Source: Phoronis australis (Eukaryota; Animalia; Phoronida). From it: a stretch of 64,000 nt of DNA. The first letter of the stretch is position 1. Each line of letters opens with the position of its first letter. The stretch spans positions 278,364 through 342,363 of the forward strand of contig NMRA01000123.1 of NCBI GenBank assembly GCA_002633005.1, given 5' to 3'. Positions 53,701-64,000 of this stretch are shown piece by piece. The position numbers were made by a program, and so were the translations under genes. The notes under the pieces are model-generated. The model worked only from the letters and a program-made list of their open reading frames with translations, was not told the origin of the DNA and did no database searches.

Positions 53701-55651
53701 CGTCAAACAGCCGCAATACAGAACCAAAACAAACGGTTCTAGCTCCACCACGAACCTAAACAAAGGTGGCGCTGCATGCAGCTTAAATTTGAATGTGTCC
53801 TTTGTACAATCTACTCGTGTAACGAATTCAATTGTTGAGGCATATGTCATTAATAATCTCATTTTTGTACTGACAATATTTGCTTGTTTTGCAGGGCCAA
53901 GGAAGAATAGAGAAAACAGAGATAATAGAATCGGCTATAAGATACATTCGACAGCTGCAAAGGGATCGTTCTGGTAATTTATTAGCAAACTGTTTAGCTG
54001 AGAAGTTGCACCCCAATACCACGTTCAAACGTGTATTTCTTTTTTCTGCTTTGGCCCTGTCCGTAAGGGGGAGGTGGGGGTGGGGGTGGGGTAAACCAGG
54101 TAAAGGATGAAAAGGTAAATCTGCATCCTAACATGGACGTTTACAAATACAGTCGTCTTATATGCTCTTAAAGTCCTGCTTGAAAACTATACACTGCTTG
54201 TGAGTGACCGTTACCAATCATAATGACTGGGATAATAAAAAATACATCAAATAACCCATAGACAAATCTCAGTTTGAGATTTCTAAAAATTGCCGAATAC
54301 CAATGCACTTACAGAAAAAATGATATATCTTTCAAATGCAGCCAAGTTGGATGGAAGTAGGTTTTCTCATCGCCATTTGTGCATGAAATAGCAATAAGGC
54401 TTGTCTCCGAACAAAAGTGCACAATGCCAAGCATTTATTGTTCCCAGTGGCACTAATGTTGAAGAGCTGGCGTAGTTTATAAATGGGCTTAATGTCTTGG
54501 ATATATCGCTACATGCAACAGGTCCTTGGTTTCCCCAAGGCGCAATATGGTCATCGGCTCTATATGGAAACAATTTCAGTACTATGTGAACAAAAAACCG
54601 GTGTAGAGAATTTGTTGTTGTAGCAGGCGGGCATATGACTTTCGCCAGGTGGCGCTTGAGGGACCGTCGTAACGGCAACAAGTGTTGGGCATGACAGTGA
54701 CGCCCTTTCCAGAACTATCCGTATCTCAAAAAGCGTACTTGGTCATCACTGAAACTTAATGTTACCCAGCTAACTCAAGCTCAATTGGTGCGAACTCAAT
54801 AAACCATTGAAGGCATATTGAGTGCTACATAGCTAGGAGTAGCAACATGAACATAGTTATCACATACCGAGACAAGTTATTGTTGGCATACCTTAATTGG
54901 GCTGTTACGTTTATATACACGTCCTGATTTTCTTCCAGGTAATGCTACACATGTACTGGACAATGGCCAACCACACAAACCTTGCTGTCAGAAAAAATAT
55001 GAAACGGGATTCAACGAGTGCTCGCGTTATGTGACGGCAATGCTGTCGGACGCTGCGTCGGAAGACGCCGGTTGTTTGCTATCTTTCCTGAAAGCGAGAG
55101 GAATAGCCAACGACGATGTGGGAAAAAGCGACTCAATCATATCAGGACTAAAAAAGGAGCCAATAACTGAAGTAATAGTCGAAGAAGATGGAGGGCGTTC
55201 AGAGGCGGCCGTCGGCTCCTGCCATTCACCAGATGGCGTGCTGATTAACGAAGTTAAATGCACTTTACCTCAGGGAGAACGAGCCGCGAACGACGTTTGC
55301 CCTTCGTCTCCTAATGATAGCAATGAGAGTGCCACGTGCCGCTCACCAAGGGAGAGTGACGGCAAATGCCTTTCACCAAGTAACGGGGATGTTTACAAAT
55401 TCAAGAAAGACATTAGTCAAAGGTTCGTGGAAGCCCAGATGGAGGAATCTCTTTGCTCTCCATGTCAGGAAAGACAGAGAACAATAACAATTCCGGGCTT
55501 CATTCTTGATAATAGCGGACGCTCTTACATTCCAATGGCTATTGACGTGCCACTTTCTCTCAGTATCCCAAGCCCATTACCAAACATTGCTCACCCAGTT
55601 AGTATACAGGTGAAGTTTGTCGAACCTGTACAGCTCAACGTGACAAAGTAA
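37808..55651 (+). CDS. cwo: Clockwork orange-type bHLH-Orange transcriptional repressor (~351 aa), 5 predicted exons
   Basis: Exons 37808-37899, 50798-50867, 52052-52153, 53895-53973, 54939-55651 with compatible phases 2,0,0,1. The b[28 protein letters not shown]...[22 protein letters not shown] is the Cwo signature. Orange start YETGFNEC; Cwo C-terminal blocks [27 protein letters not shown] and HPVSIQVKF. The first two exons are less certain. Confidence 0.9.
38490..38742. repeat. Compound microsatellite (CAT/CAC)n-(ATT)n in cwo intron 1
   Basis: Direct reading; produces the low-complexity ORFs. Confidence 0.95.
38951..39019 (+). mobile_element. ~70-bp mini-MITE with CATGGGCGGCGCA-type TIR
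   Basis: CATGAGCGGCGCAG...GGGCCGTCCATG; relatives at 196-230, 41435-41466, 50184-50260 and 50264-50335. Confidence 0.7.
39245..40390. mobile_element. Foldback (long-TIR) transposon, 1146 bp, 10-bp TSD
   Basis: Terminal CTCGCTGGTTCCCT / AGGGAACCAGCGAG; ~560-bp inverted arms; GTACCTTATT at 39235-39244 and 40391-40400. Confidence 0.9.
40824..40993. repeat. Minisatellite, 17-bp unit AACCCGGCTCACCAACC, about 9 copies
   Basis: Direct reading. Confidence 0.93.
42509..42726. mobile_element. Short element of the same GGCGGATC-terminal family
   Basis: CAATGGCAGATCTAC...GTAGATCCGCCTCTG inverted termini. Confidence 0.65.
45455..45607 (-). mobile_element. ~150-bp MITE, family copy 2
   Basis: Reverse complement of 27281-27433, including GCTAGGACC repeats, a TTCGCGAGA motif and CACGTG. 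Confidence 0.85.
49718..49940. mobile_element. Harbinger-like MITE (GGGCCC termini, TTAAG-rich interior)
   Basis: GGGCCCCGTGTCAAGAA versus reverse complement GGGGCCCGTTCCAACAA (13/17). Confidence 0.55.
50184..50335 (+). mobile_element. Two tandem mini-MITEs of the CATGGGCGGCGCA family
   Basis: Both copies have the ATAAG...GGGGGCTATAG..CCCC core and CATG/CATA ends, separated by 3 bp. Confidence 0.7.
50798..50867 (+). CDS. cwo: cwo exon [23 protein letters not shown]
   Basis: ctcttttcag acceptor, AAG|gtaaga donor, in frame with the bHLH exon; resembles the SEDD...RRNKT segment preceding the Cwo basic region. Confidence 0.75.
52052..52153 (+). CDS. cwo: cwo bHLH basic region and helix 1
   Basis: [34 protein letters not shown]; ttttcag acceptor, gtatct donor. 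Confidence 0.94.
52669..53320 (+). mobile_element. Degenerate interspersed repeat, TTAAGG-starting (Kolobok-like) family, in a cwo intron
   Basis: Shares CAAACAAAAT..GGTCATGTTATT with ~19860 and GAAACTTTCAGA-containing segments with ~15580 and ~19650; those copies also start at TTAAGG (15241, 19619). Boundaries approximate. Confidence 0.45.
53895..53973 (+). CDS. cwo: cwo bHLH loop and helix 2
   Basis: [26 protein letters not shown]; ttgcag acceptor, gtaatt donor. Confidence 0.94.
54939..55651 (+). CDS. cwo: cwo last exon: Orange domain and C-terminal conserved blocks
   Basis: ttccag acceptor, phase 1, in frame with ORF 55031-55651. Confidence 0.92.
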
Positions 55652-58600
55652 TCTCTGCTGCATAGTGAACATCTTTACTTTTTCTCCAGGGTGCAAGTGT
55701 ATTTACGATCGATTTTGAACATCATCCCACGCGTTATACAGATTTTCATAGGTATAAAAGTCGCTGCTTTGAGAATAGTCGAAACTTGGATGAAAAGGCT
55801 TAATGCATCTCCGCACATCTGGCTGACGCAGCACTTCATCGCCAATTGGCTCCAGCGATCTACCATTCTCTCCGTTGCCATTGACTAGCTGTACATGCTT
55901 TTCAAATGTTTTACCCCCAACACCCAGCGACAGCTGTGAACATTTTTCAAAAGTTATTTGAAGCGTTGCTTTGCACCTTCCCACCCAGGCTGGTTCCTAC
56001 TAATTCACGACCTTGTTGCTACGACTTTTACATACGTACATGTACGCTGGTTGGTTTGGTGTGGTTAATGACCACCTGGTGATAGTACCTCGGCTTATAG
56101 ATTAACAACAAGGCTATAACTGATAATTATTATTCATTCCTTGTTCCGGGTTCGTTTACGCATTTCGCTCATAAAAGGTTACAAGTTATACGATCGTAAT
56201 GATGACTAAAGGGCGAGGCACCATGTTGGCGTTTCCTTCACGCGAACCAGCCTGTCGAGAAGCCAAAGACCTGAAGTCCTACACATTTTCACATTAACAA
56301 AACTTCCACGAAAAATGATAAGTTTCTTATTATTGTTGTTACAAATAAACCGTTTTTGACGTCACCAATAGTCGCAGCGCACGGATTAAATGTCGGGTAG
56401 GAAAAATTACTTTGGTGGTGGCTGGGTAAGGGGGCTGGTGGTTTTAGTAAAATATAAATCCCGGGGCTTTTGGAAAAATAAAAATGCTACTGTGTCTGAA
56501 TTGCCATTCACATTTTGGTTATTATGCATCATAGCTTGCACTTCTGCACTCAGTGACCGACACGCTTGTTGAATGCTCATTTTATTACCATTAACCAGTT
56601 CTATGTGTCATGTCTATATCTGGCCTACGATGGAGTTCGTTGAGACGACTTAAACAATGTTCTTACCATTGTTAGATTCCTCCGTGTGTAAACAAATGCT
56701 CTGGAGCCGAAAATACCTCGTGCGGTGAATAACCGGCAGACATTTACACTGCCACTGACATAATTGCGTTCTGGTGTAGCCACTGTGCAACACCGCATTA
56801 GAACTCACATTACCAAGGCTGAATGTGTTTTTGCACATGAAAATGTGAGAACATGTTCCTTGAAAATTCAACCCGTTCAGACCGTGAAGTTTGTGAGGCT
56901 AGATTAAATCAGAAATGAACGGCAACTACGTATGCACTATAATGAGTTGTAGCTGAAGAGATCTTGACAGGGTAGGGAAACGATTCTATCTTGGCAGGGT
57001 ATGGAAACGGTTCTATAACCGCGCTTCTCAATTCCAGTTTCGATGGTTATGCAGTTCTGGAAGAACAGCCGTCAAACCCACATTCCATACTCGTGTCCTT
57101 GCACTCAACATACTTGCCGGAAATACTCCATACCAAACCTCATGCCAAGGGACGTGGTTCCAGGTCTGCACCCATAGTCCAGACTGGTAACCGGTTACGG
57201 ACTATTTTCGGCTCGTGTATGGTGGAGTTGAGGGGAGTGTGCGGAGATGGAAATTGTAGCAAGGGTTTGGTGTTTGCTGTTCTGGAACTGAAGTTTGAGG
57301 CATTGAATCTGGAACTTAGATGCTTGCCCATGAAATCGTTTCCCCTCGCTACTTGGTAACTGGTAGATGTTTGTCGTCACGTTTGCTTAACTCGATGGTT
57401 AACATTTCACAGTTTTAACCATTAAACTTAGGTCATACGTATAATTGCCTCGTGATTGTCGTTTTGTAAACACTGTTTCCATATGCAATGGCTTGTGTTG
57501 GTTTCCAAATAAAAATAAGTTACCAGGAACATTTGTTTTTCATACAGTGACGATCAATGTGTACATTTAAGTGCTATTGTACGAGAGCATCAGACAAAAG
57601 GGGACATGAAAGATCAGAGTTTTGTCACACAGCTTTTCCAGACGACTGAGTGGAGTGATGAACTGTAGTTACAATTTTAAGCATGCGTCACCCACACATT
57701 CGGGCTATTTAGGCCGTGTTTGCGATCGTGAAAATCATTCATTTACCGTTTTAATTTCGTTACTAAATCAATTGTTAGCTTAGATTTCAATAGAGAGTGA
57801 ATTTTGTATTGATTTCTCAATATTATCGAAAATAAATAAGAAACGCTTCATGCATCGTCCCTGATTTAAGGACCAAGGCCTTCCATATTTTCACTCAGGA
57901 CGTAGGTATTAGCTATAATATTAGACAATATTATTTAGTTAATGAAGAACTCATAATAAAGATAAAAATACATCCGTAAGGACAGAATGACATATTAAAT
58001 ACGCCGTAGACATAGAGAACTTAGTTGAGTACCTATTTTGAACTGTTTCGTTCATCTGGGCCCATGATATTAAAATGAATGACTGCATAAAAACAAGAAA
58101 ATCAAGTTTCATGATAAACAATTCATCTCCCGAATACGTTTCACTACACCCTTATTTACACAATTGCTGGGGGGGGGGGGGGTTTNGGGGGGTTTTGAGG
58201 GTGTGCAAAGGGGCGACTTTCATAACCCCGTCCTTTCCATGTATCTTTCGCTCTTCGCATATGTGGGTCTATTGGTCCATTGGTTCATTTCGAGATGAAC
58301 ATTGGGTGATAAAGCGTGACTACAATCAGCGAGCAATAGTCAAGGCATAATATGTCGACGTAAAGTACCGTTCTACGAAAAGTGCACAACGTCATGTATA
58401 TTGAATAGCGAATGTGCAAATCTCAATGGACATGCCTCACACCACTTCGTCTCTATTGCATTCTGGGGTAGTATGTATGCCTAGCAATAGCGTGAGTTTC
58501 TTTCGGGAAGACAATATTGCAGCTGATTATTATGTCATCCGGTTGAACACAATCACAGTCGACGTAGGTGGGTGCGGCAACGGTGACTTTATTCATTTCC

Positions 58601-59083
58601 AAAACATTTCTATAATAAAATACTGTTGCATTTTTCCTGCACTAGTTATACGTTCAATAATAATTTTGCGATAACAATTCAAATAAAATAACTTTATTGA
58701 TCCGCTTCTCTGCTAAACATTCGTTACAATAACACCCGGCAACACTGTACACAATTGGTTGTCAAGTGAGATAGATGCGTTCATTTCAAATAATGCAACT
58801 GCGGCGGCAAAGTCAACTATAGCGGATTTGCACATTCGCTATTACAAACTACGCTCACTTTCAACTATACTTATACGAACACCAACGTGGAGCCTACTTT
58901 CCAAAATATGATTTTCGACCGGGAAAAATGGACACCGGGTTCACTTCTTATACCAATGAATCGTGAAAATTAATCTGGTAGCCGCCAGAAAGCAATCAAA
59001 ACAACCACATTTACATTTCAACACTGCTGTTAATCCATTCTTGGCAAATCAGAAATCTTAAGTATTTTAGAAGGTCAACGTAT

Positions 59084-62000
59084 TCATGGTGAATTTCGAC
59101 TTCTTGCTGGAGTGACAAGTCGGCGAGACGGACTAGGCGAAGACTGCGGGGATAAAGAGCGAGCAGCCGCAGCTTCTTTTGCTCTCTGCTTTTCAGCTTC
59201 GGCCAAGAGTTGCTTCTGATGAAGTCCCACGGCTGCCTTGGGCTTAATTTCACACATCTGTAAACACTGCTCGCACATACCCAGCGTCCAATCGTAGAAG
59301 ATGGCGGCACCGTGACTTGTAGTGAAGATTTCGTGCCGTGTGTGACGTTTGATTACGTCTAGGCCCCTCGCAGCAATCTCTGGGTTCAGGTGCTTGAAGT
59401 CATATTCTTTGATACGTTTCAAGAGGCCCTCGTACTCGTGAGATCGAATAGTAGCGCACCTCTTCTGGCAAGTTTGCCAGTCACGTGTCTCAGATTCTGG
59501 ATCACCGAGAATTAACAGCGTAGCCACCATGACCTCATGCACGTTTTCTGGCGGGTGAGCGTATTCGCGAATTTCCGACATTTTCGATCTGTCCAATTTA
59601 AAGATAGCTTCTTTTAACCGGTCAATCGTATCCAAACCATCACAAAGTATCCTCGCCTTAGCTAGTTCCTTAAACATTCCCTTGTCCACCCCAAGTGTGT
59701 CGATAATACGGAGCAGTTTCTTTAGCTGTTTCCCGTCTTTGGCTTCAATGGCTTCGTGAAGTTTTTCTCGATCTTCTATAGCTAACAATATATTCTTTGC
59801 GTCGTTCAACAAGTTCCTATCAATACACAGTGACGGTTTGTGCTTAGTAATGAAATTTTCATAATCAGCAATGGCCTGATTGATCAGATCTTCGTCCATT
59901 GCAGCGACCGCTTTCGCCAGAGCTTCTTTCAGAGAATTGTGTTCTTGAACCTCTTCTTTCTCCATCTTCTCCATTTCTGTCAGCGTGTTACGCGCTTGCT
60001 TGACTAGATCGTGATCGATGTCGAATTGCTTGGCGTAGATATGGCCAAATTCCTCGTACTTCGTCACCGCATCCTGAATAGCAACGTTATCCAATGCGTC
60101 CACAGCCCCTTGAAGCCCGTGCTTCAATTCCTCATTCATCTCATTAATAGAGTCATATGTTTTCTTTAGTTCCATTAAACGTTCACGCGTCCTGTTAATC
60201 AGCCCTTCGTCCGGGTGTATTCGCATTTTATACGCCTCAATGAATGACTCGTGCTCAGCAAGAGCTGCCATAATCTCTGTATACTTCATAGACTCTTGTA
60301 CTCCAGCGAGCTTTCGTTTGAGGTCTTCATGCTCGGCGGCAATCCTTTCCTCTGTACGTTCCATTTCAGCGTACACTTTGTAGTATTCGTCTATCTGATT
60401 TTCGTCTACTGTTGCACGGCCGTTATTACGCTTTTTAAATTCTTCCATTTTTAGTAAAGCTTCTCTCAAGCCAACTTTATTTTCATTGGACACTGCTTGG
60501 CTCAACTCGCACAGCACAAGCAGTAGCTCTTTCTCTAAGCTCTTTTTTATAGCTTTAGGATCATTCAAAAGACTATTGGCTTGAGATAACAACTTTTTGT
60601 CGACTGTCACTGACTTATCCTTGTCCTTAGTAGCATCATTATACGCCGCCATAGCCTTTCGGATCTGATCTTCATCCATTGTCAGTATGGCACTCTCCAA
60701 TGCCTTTCTGAGATCATCGACTTCGACTTTGCTTACTAAAGTGTTCTCCACTTGTCCAATAAGCTTATCGTTTGCTGCAATTTCATCCTTGTGGCGATTT
60801 GCAAATTCTTTGTACTTCGACAGAGCGTCCTGAATGCTTTGCAAATCTTTTCCACCTAAAGCCTTCTTTAGAGCCTTCTCCAAGTCGTCCAATTCATTTT
60901 TTGCCTTCTTGACATCTCCTTTGCAAGATGCAAGGAAGTCTTTTGCCTGCGACAGTAATTCAGCGTCGGGTGTAATTAGATTGCGCCCGTCCTTGACTAG
61001 TTGATCATACCCGGACACCATTTCTTGGACGTCGAGGAAGTGACGAGACGACAGAGCAGTTTTTAATTTTTCTTTCAGAGCTTGGTGCCTACTCTCAATA
61101 GTGTTTACGATATCATTTTTTTCTTCTACGCACCGGTTTGCCATATCCACAAGCTTTCCGTCTGCTTCTACCACGTCTTTATGCGTTTCAATGAAATCTC
61201 TGTATTTTCCCAAAGCGTTCTCGATGACACCACGATTTCCTGAAGCCATGGCGCGCCTTAAATCTTGAGTTAAACGCTCGAATTCTTTATTAAGCTTCTT
61301 TTCATCTTGTTTTCCATGCTTAACTGCATCTCTCGCTTCTTTGATCAAGGACATGTCGGAGTGCACAAGATCGCAGACATCTTTGTTTGCTTTACTTAAT
61401 TTGTCTATTACACCCAAAGACTCCTTCACCTGTCCCAAGCTGTGTGTGGAAAGCGCTGAAGATAATTGTAGCTTGGCGGCTTCATACTTCGGAGTAAGCT
61501 CTCTCAAGATGTTCTTTTTCTCTTTTAGAGTTTTTTCAACCTCTTTCACTAACTCATCCCTTTCAGAAATAATGTCGCGGTGTCGCTTTGCGAACTCGTT
61601 GTATTTATCCAAGGCACTCTCAATAGCAGATAACTTCCCGTTGGCAACAGCATGCTTTAAATTCCGTGCTAAATGATCCAGCTCCTTGTGGAGATTCTTG
61701 TTGTCGAGTTCTGGGTTTTTCAAAAAATCCTTGCCTCGCTTAACAAGTTGAACACACGGCTCAATCATGCCCACATTTTCGTTGGCAAATTGTTCATAAT
61801 TACGCAGTGCAGCGTGCACCGCTTCAGAATCATGTTCGTTTAGGGCACACTCCAGTTGGTCCTTTAACTGGTCATGCTTCGGCCCAAGAAGTTGCACCTG
61901 CTTCTCTTTTTCTCTCACCATCATTTCCGCCTTCTCTAAGAGAGGCTGATTTATGCCGATCTCAGTTTTGTACTGTTCGCCAAATTGTCTGTACTGTTCA

Positions 62001-63591
62001 ATGGCCTTTCGGATAGCACCGATGTCACCTGTTTTCATGGCGTTCTCTATGTTATTTTGAAGACGTTCTATTTCCTTCACATGTTTCCTGAAGACCCCGC
62101 TTTGCTGGTTTATTAATGCCTTTGCCTCGGTGATCAACTTGTTATCCGGGTCTATGAACCCGCCATATTGCTTTAAAAACTCTTCGTAATTATGTAGGAG
62201 TGCTTGAACGTCTGGTATATTGTTTGAAGCAACAACCCGTTGAAGTTCTGATCTAAAATTCTCACTCTCGATCTGTTTGTCTTTAAGCTTGGATCGTACA
62301 ATATCTTCCGATCTGCTAACCAAGGCGTTATTCAGCTGAAAGTTCTCACCGAACTCCGTTGCGATGCGCTTATAGTTTTCTAAGGCAGCATCTATCTGAT
62401 TCAAGTCACCAGTTTCCATAGCTTTTTCAAGTTCTCTTCTCTTGTCCTCAAGCTGGGCTACGTGCTTTCTGTAACTACTGCCATTCGCCAGAAGAAATGT
62501 ATTGGCTGATTTAACCAATTCGTGAATGGGCTTAACCAATCCCTTGTTTTCTTTCAGAAAGTTATTGTACTTGTGTAAAGCGTCTTGCACTGCAGATACA
62601 ATTTGTGTATCAAGAGCCTTTTGGAGATTTTCCTGAAGTTGGGTTTCTAAAGGTTTCAAAGACACTCCTTTCATTCTCAAGCCATTTAGAGAATATTCAC
62701 ACTCTCTGATGAAGTCTTCATCTGAACTTATGATGTCGAGATACGCATCTGCGAATTCTTTCAGCTTCTTCAGAGCAATTTCCGACGCAGCTATGTCTCC
62801 ATCTTCAGTTGCTTTCATTAAAGACCTCTTTAATTCGCCATGTCTTTTAAGTACTTTCCCAAATCCTGAGCCAATTTGGTCAAGAGCATCGCATGCTTTC
62901 TTCATTATGTTCTGATCTGGCGACACAATGCCTCTGTGATCACTTAAGAAGCATTCGTATTCATAGAACGCTGCATCTATTTTCTTCGCGTCACATGAAT
63001 TTATGGCCTGCCCAAGCTTGTCCTTCAGTTGCTCCTCTGTTTCTTTTACGTTGACCTGTTTCTTTTTTAGATCAATTAAACGCGCTTCGGTCCCTTTAAT
63101 CAAATCCAGATCATTACACAACTTACTCATGTCTGGGTGGAGTTTTGAAAACTCCTTTAGACGAGCTAACGCCTTTTCAATAGCAGATATGTCGTTGGCA
63201 TCCATGGCTCCCTGCAAGAGCTTCTTGATCTCAATTTGCTCGCGAAACAACTTTTCGTTTCCAATCCCAGTTGACATCAGCACTTCCATGGCCTCTTTGA
63301 CCAGGGCCTTGTCAGGATCTACAAAGTCGTGATGCTCTTTAGCAAATGCCTCGTAATCACACAGTGCAGACTGAATTGCGGCAGCGTCGCCTGAGTCAAT
63401 AGCATCTTCAAGGTTTATTATCAAGATGTCAAGCTCCTCTTCCAGCCCTGCCAACAGAGGATATGACGCCCTCAGCTTTCGACGCCTTCGCACATAGAAG
63501 AAGGCCGCAGCACAAAGAATGACTACCACGGCAATAACTATAATGGCTGGCCACACACTTCCATTCTCGGTGGCAACCTGTTTCTTGGCGT
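59084..63591 (-). CDS. Large terminal exon of a single-pass membrane protein: TM helix, ~20 x ~65-aa helical repeats, C-terminal dynein-stalk MTBD-like domain
   Basis: Uninterrupted ORF 59084-63748 (1554 aa). A strong acceptor TTTGTTTCTTCAG| before 63591 (phase 1) suggests the first 52 ORF codons are intronic. TM WPAIIVIAVVVILCAAAFFYV at 63491-63553 is followed by RRRRK. Repeats span ~63430-59620. MTBD-like segment at ~59270-59615: LDRSKMSEIREYAHPPENVHEVMVATLLILG...DW...LLKRIKEYD...SHGAAIFYDW. Confidence 0.9.
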
Positions 63592-64000
63592 CTGAAGAAA
63601 CAAAGGATCCGTGATTAGACAACAGAGGAGAAATGTTACAATGTTTCAGCGCATTCCACGGCAGAGCAACATGCATCAAAACGTGGCAAAAGCTTAGTCT
63701 GGATGTTGCTGACCCATCAACGTGATTTCCAAATGTTCTTGAGTGCATTAGTGTCCTGCATCATTTGGTCCACATTAATTTATTCTGGAGTAACCAACGG
63801 TTCTCAAAACTATCAATAAAGTGCTGAACTGAAACACTCGCTCTCGGCGAATAACGAAGTGCCGTTCCTTCCTAAGCAGCTCTGAGAGCTTAAAGTGGGA
63901 GTAATTAAAGTTAATCTGTCTTGGCGAAGGCGGGTGTGCAACGGCTTAAACTGTTGCTGGGGAAAACATTCATGTAACTGTGGTACATGACCAGTTTGTT

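Noticed and set aside
56650-57380. Overlapping short ORFs between cwo and the TM gene, faintly LINE-like (VPWHEVW)
   Set aside because: No convincing domain motif or consistent frame; cannot be supported without a search.
59270-59615. Dynein heavy chain gene or pseudogene
   Set aside because: Only the MTBD-like segment resembles dynein; no AAA or P-loop motifs, and the ORF is intact and joined to a TM helix.
60251-63332. Plus-strand ORFs antisense to the giant ORF
   Set aside because: Shadow ORFs of the coding strand.

Overview
AT-rich, intron-containing invertebrate animal genomic DNA; the taxon cannot be pinned down, but clockwork orange argues against a vertebrate. Four protein-coding genes could be built by hand from GT-AG splice sites and reading-frame phase. 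(1) TMEM43/LUMA, + strand, 10 coding exons at 5740-17131; its 5' exons were not found. (2) An uncharacterised ~218-aa gene, - strand, 3 coding exons at 22397-26154. (3) A clockwork orange (cwo)-type bHLH-Orange repressor, + strand, 5 predicted exons at 37808-55651. (4) A 4.5-kb terminal exon on the - strand (59084-63591) encoding one transmembrane helix, about 20 tandem ~65-aa helical repeats in an A/B alternation, and a C-terminal stand-alone domain resembling the dynein-stalk microtubule-binding domain. Gene 4 is the most unusual object: it looks like a motor-less membrane-to-microtubule tether. Introns and intergenic DNA hold many non-autonomous transposons: a piggyBac relic, a 1.15-kb foldback element with a 10-bp TSD, a P-like MITE, a THAP-bearing MITE, a Penelope GIY-YIG relic, tRNA-derived SINEs and several MITE families, plus mini- and microsatellites. 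All family calls are from recalled motifs, not database searches.
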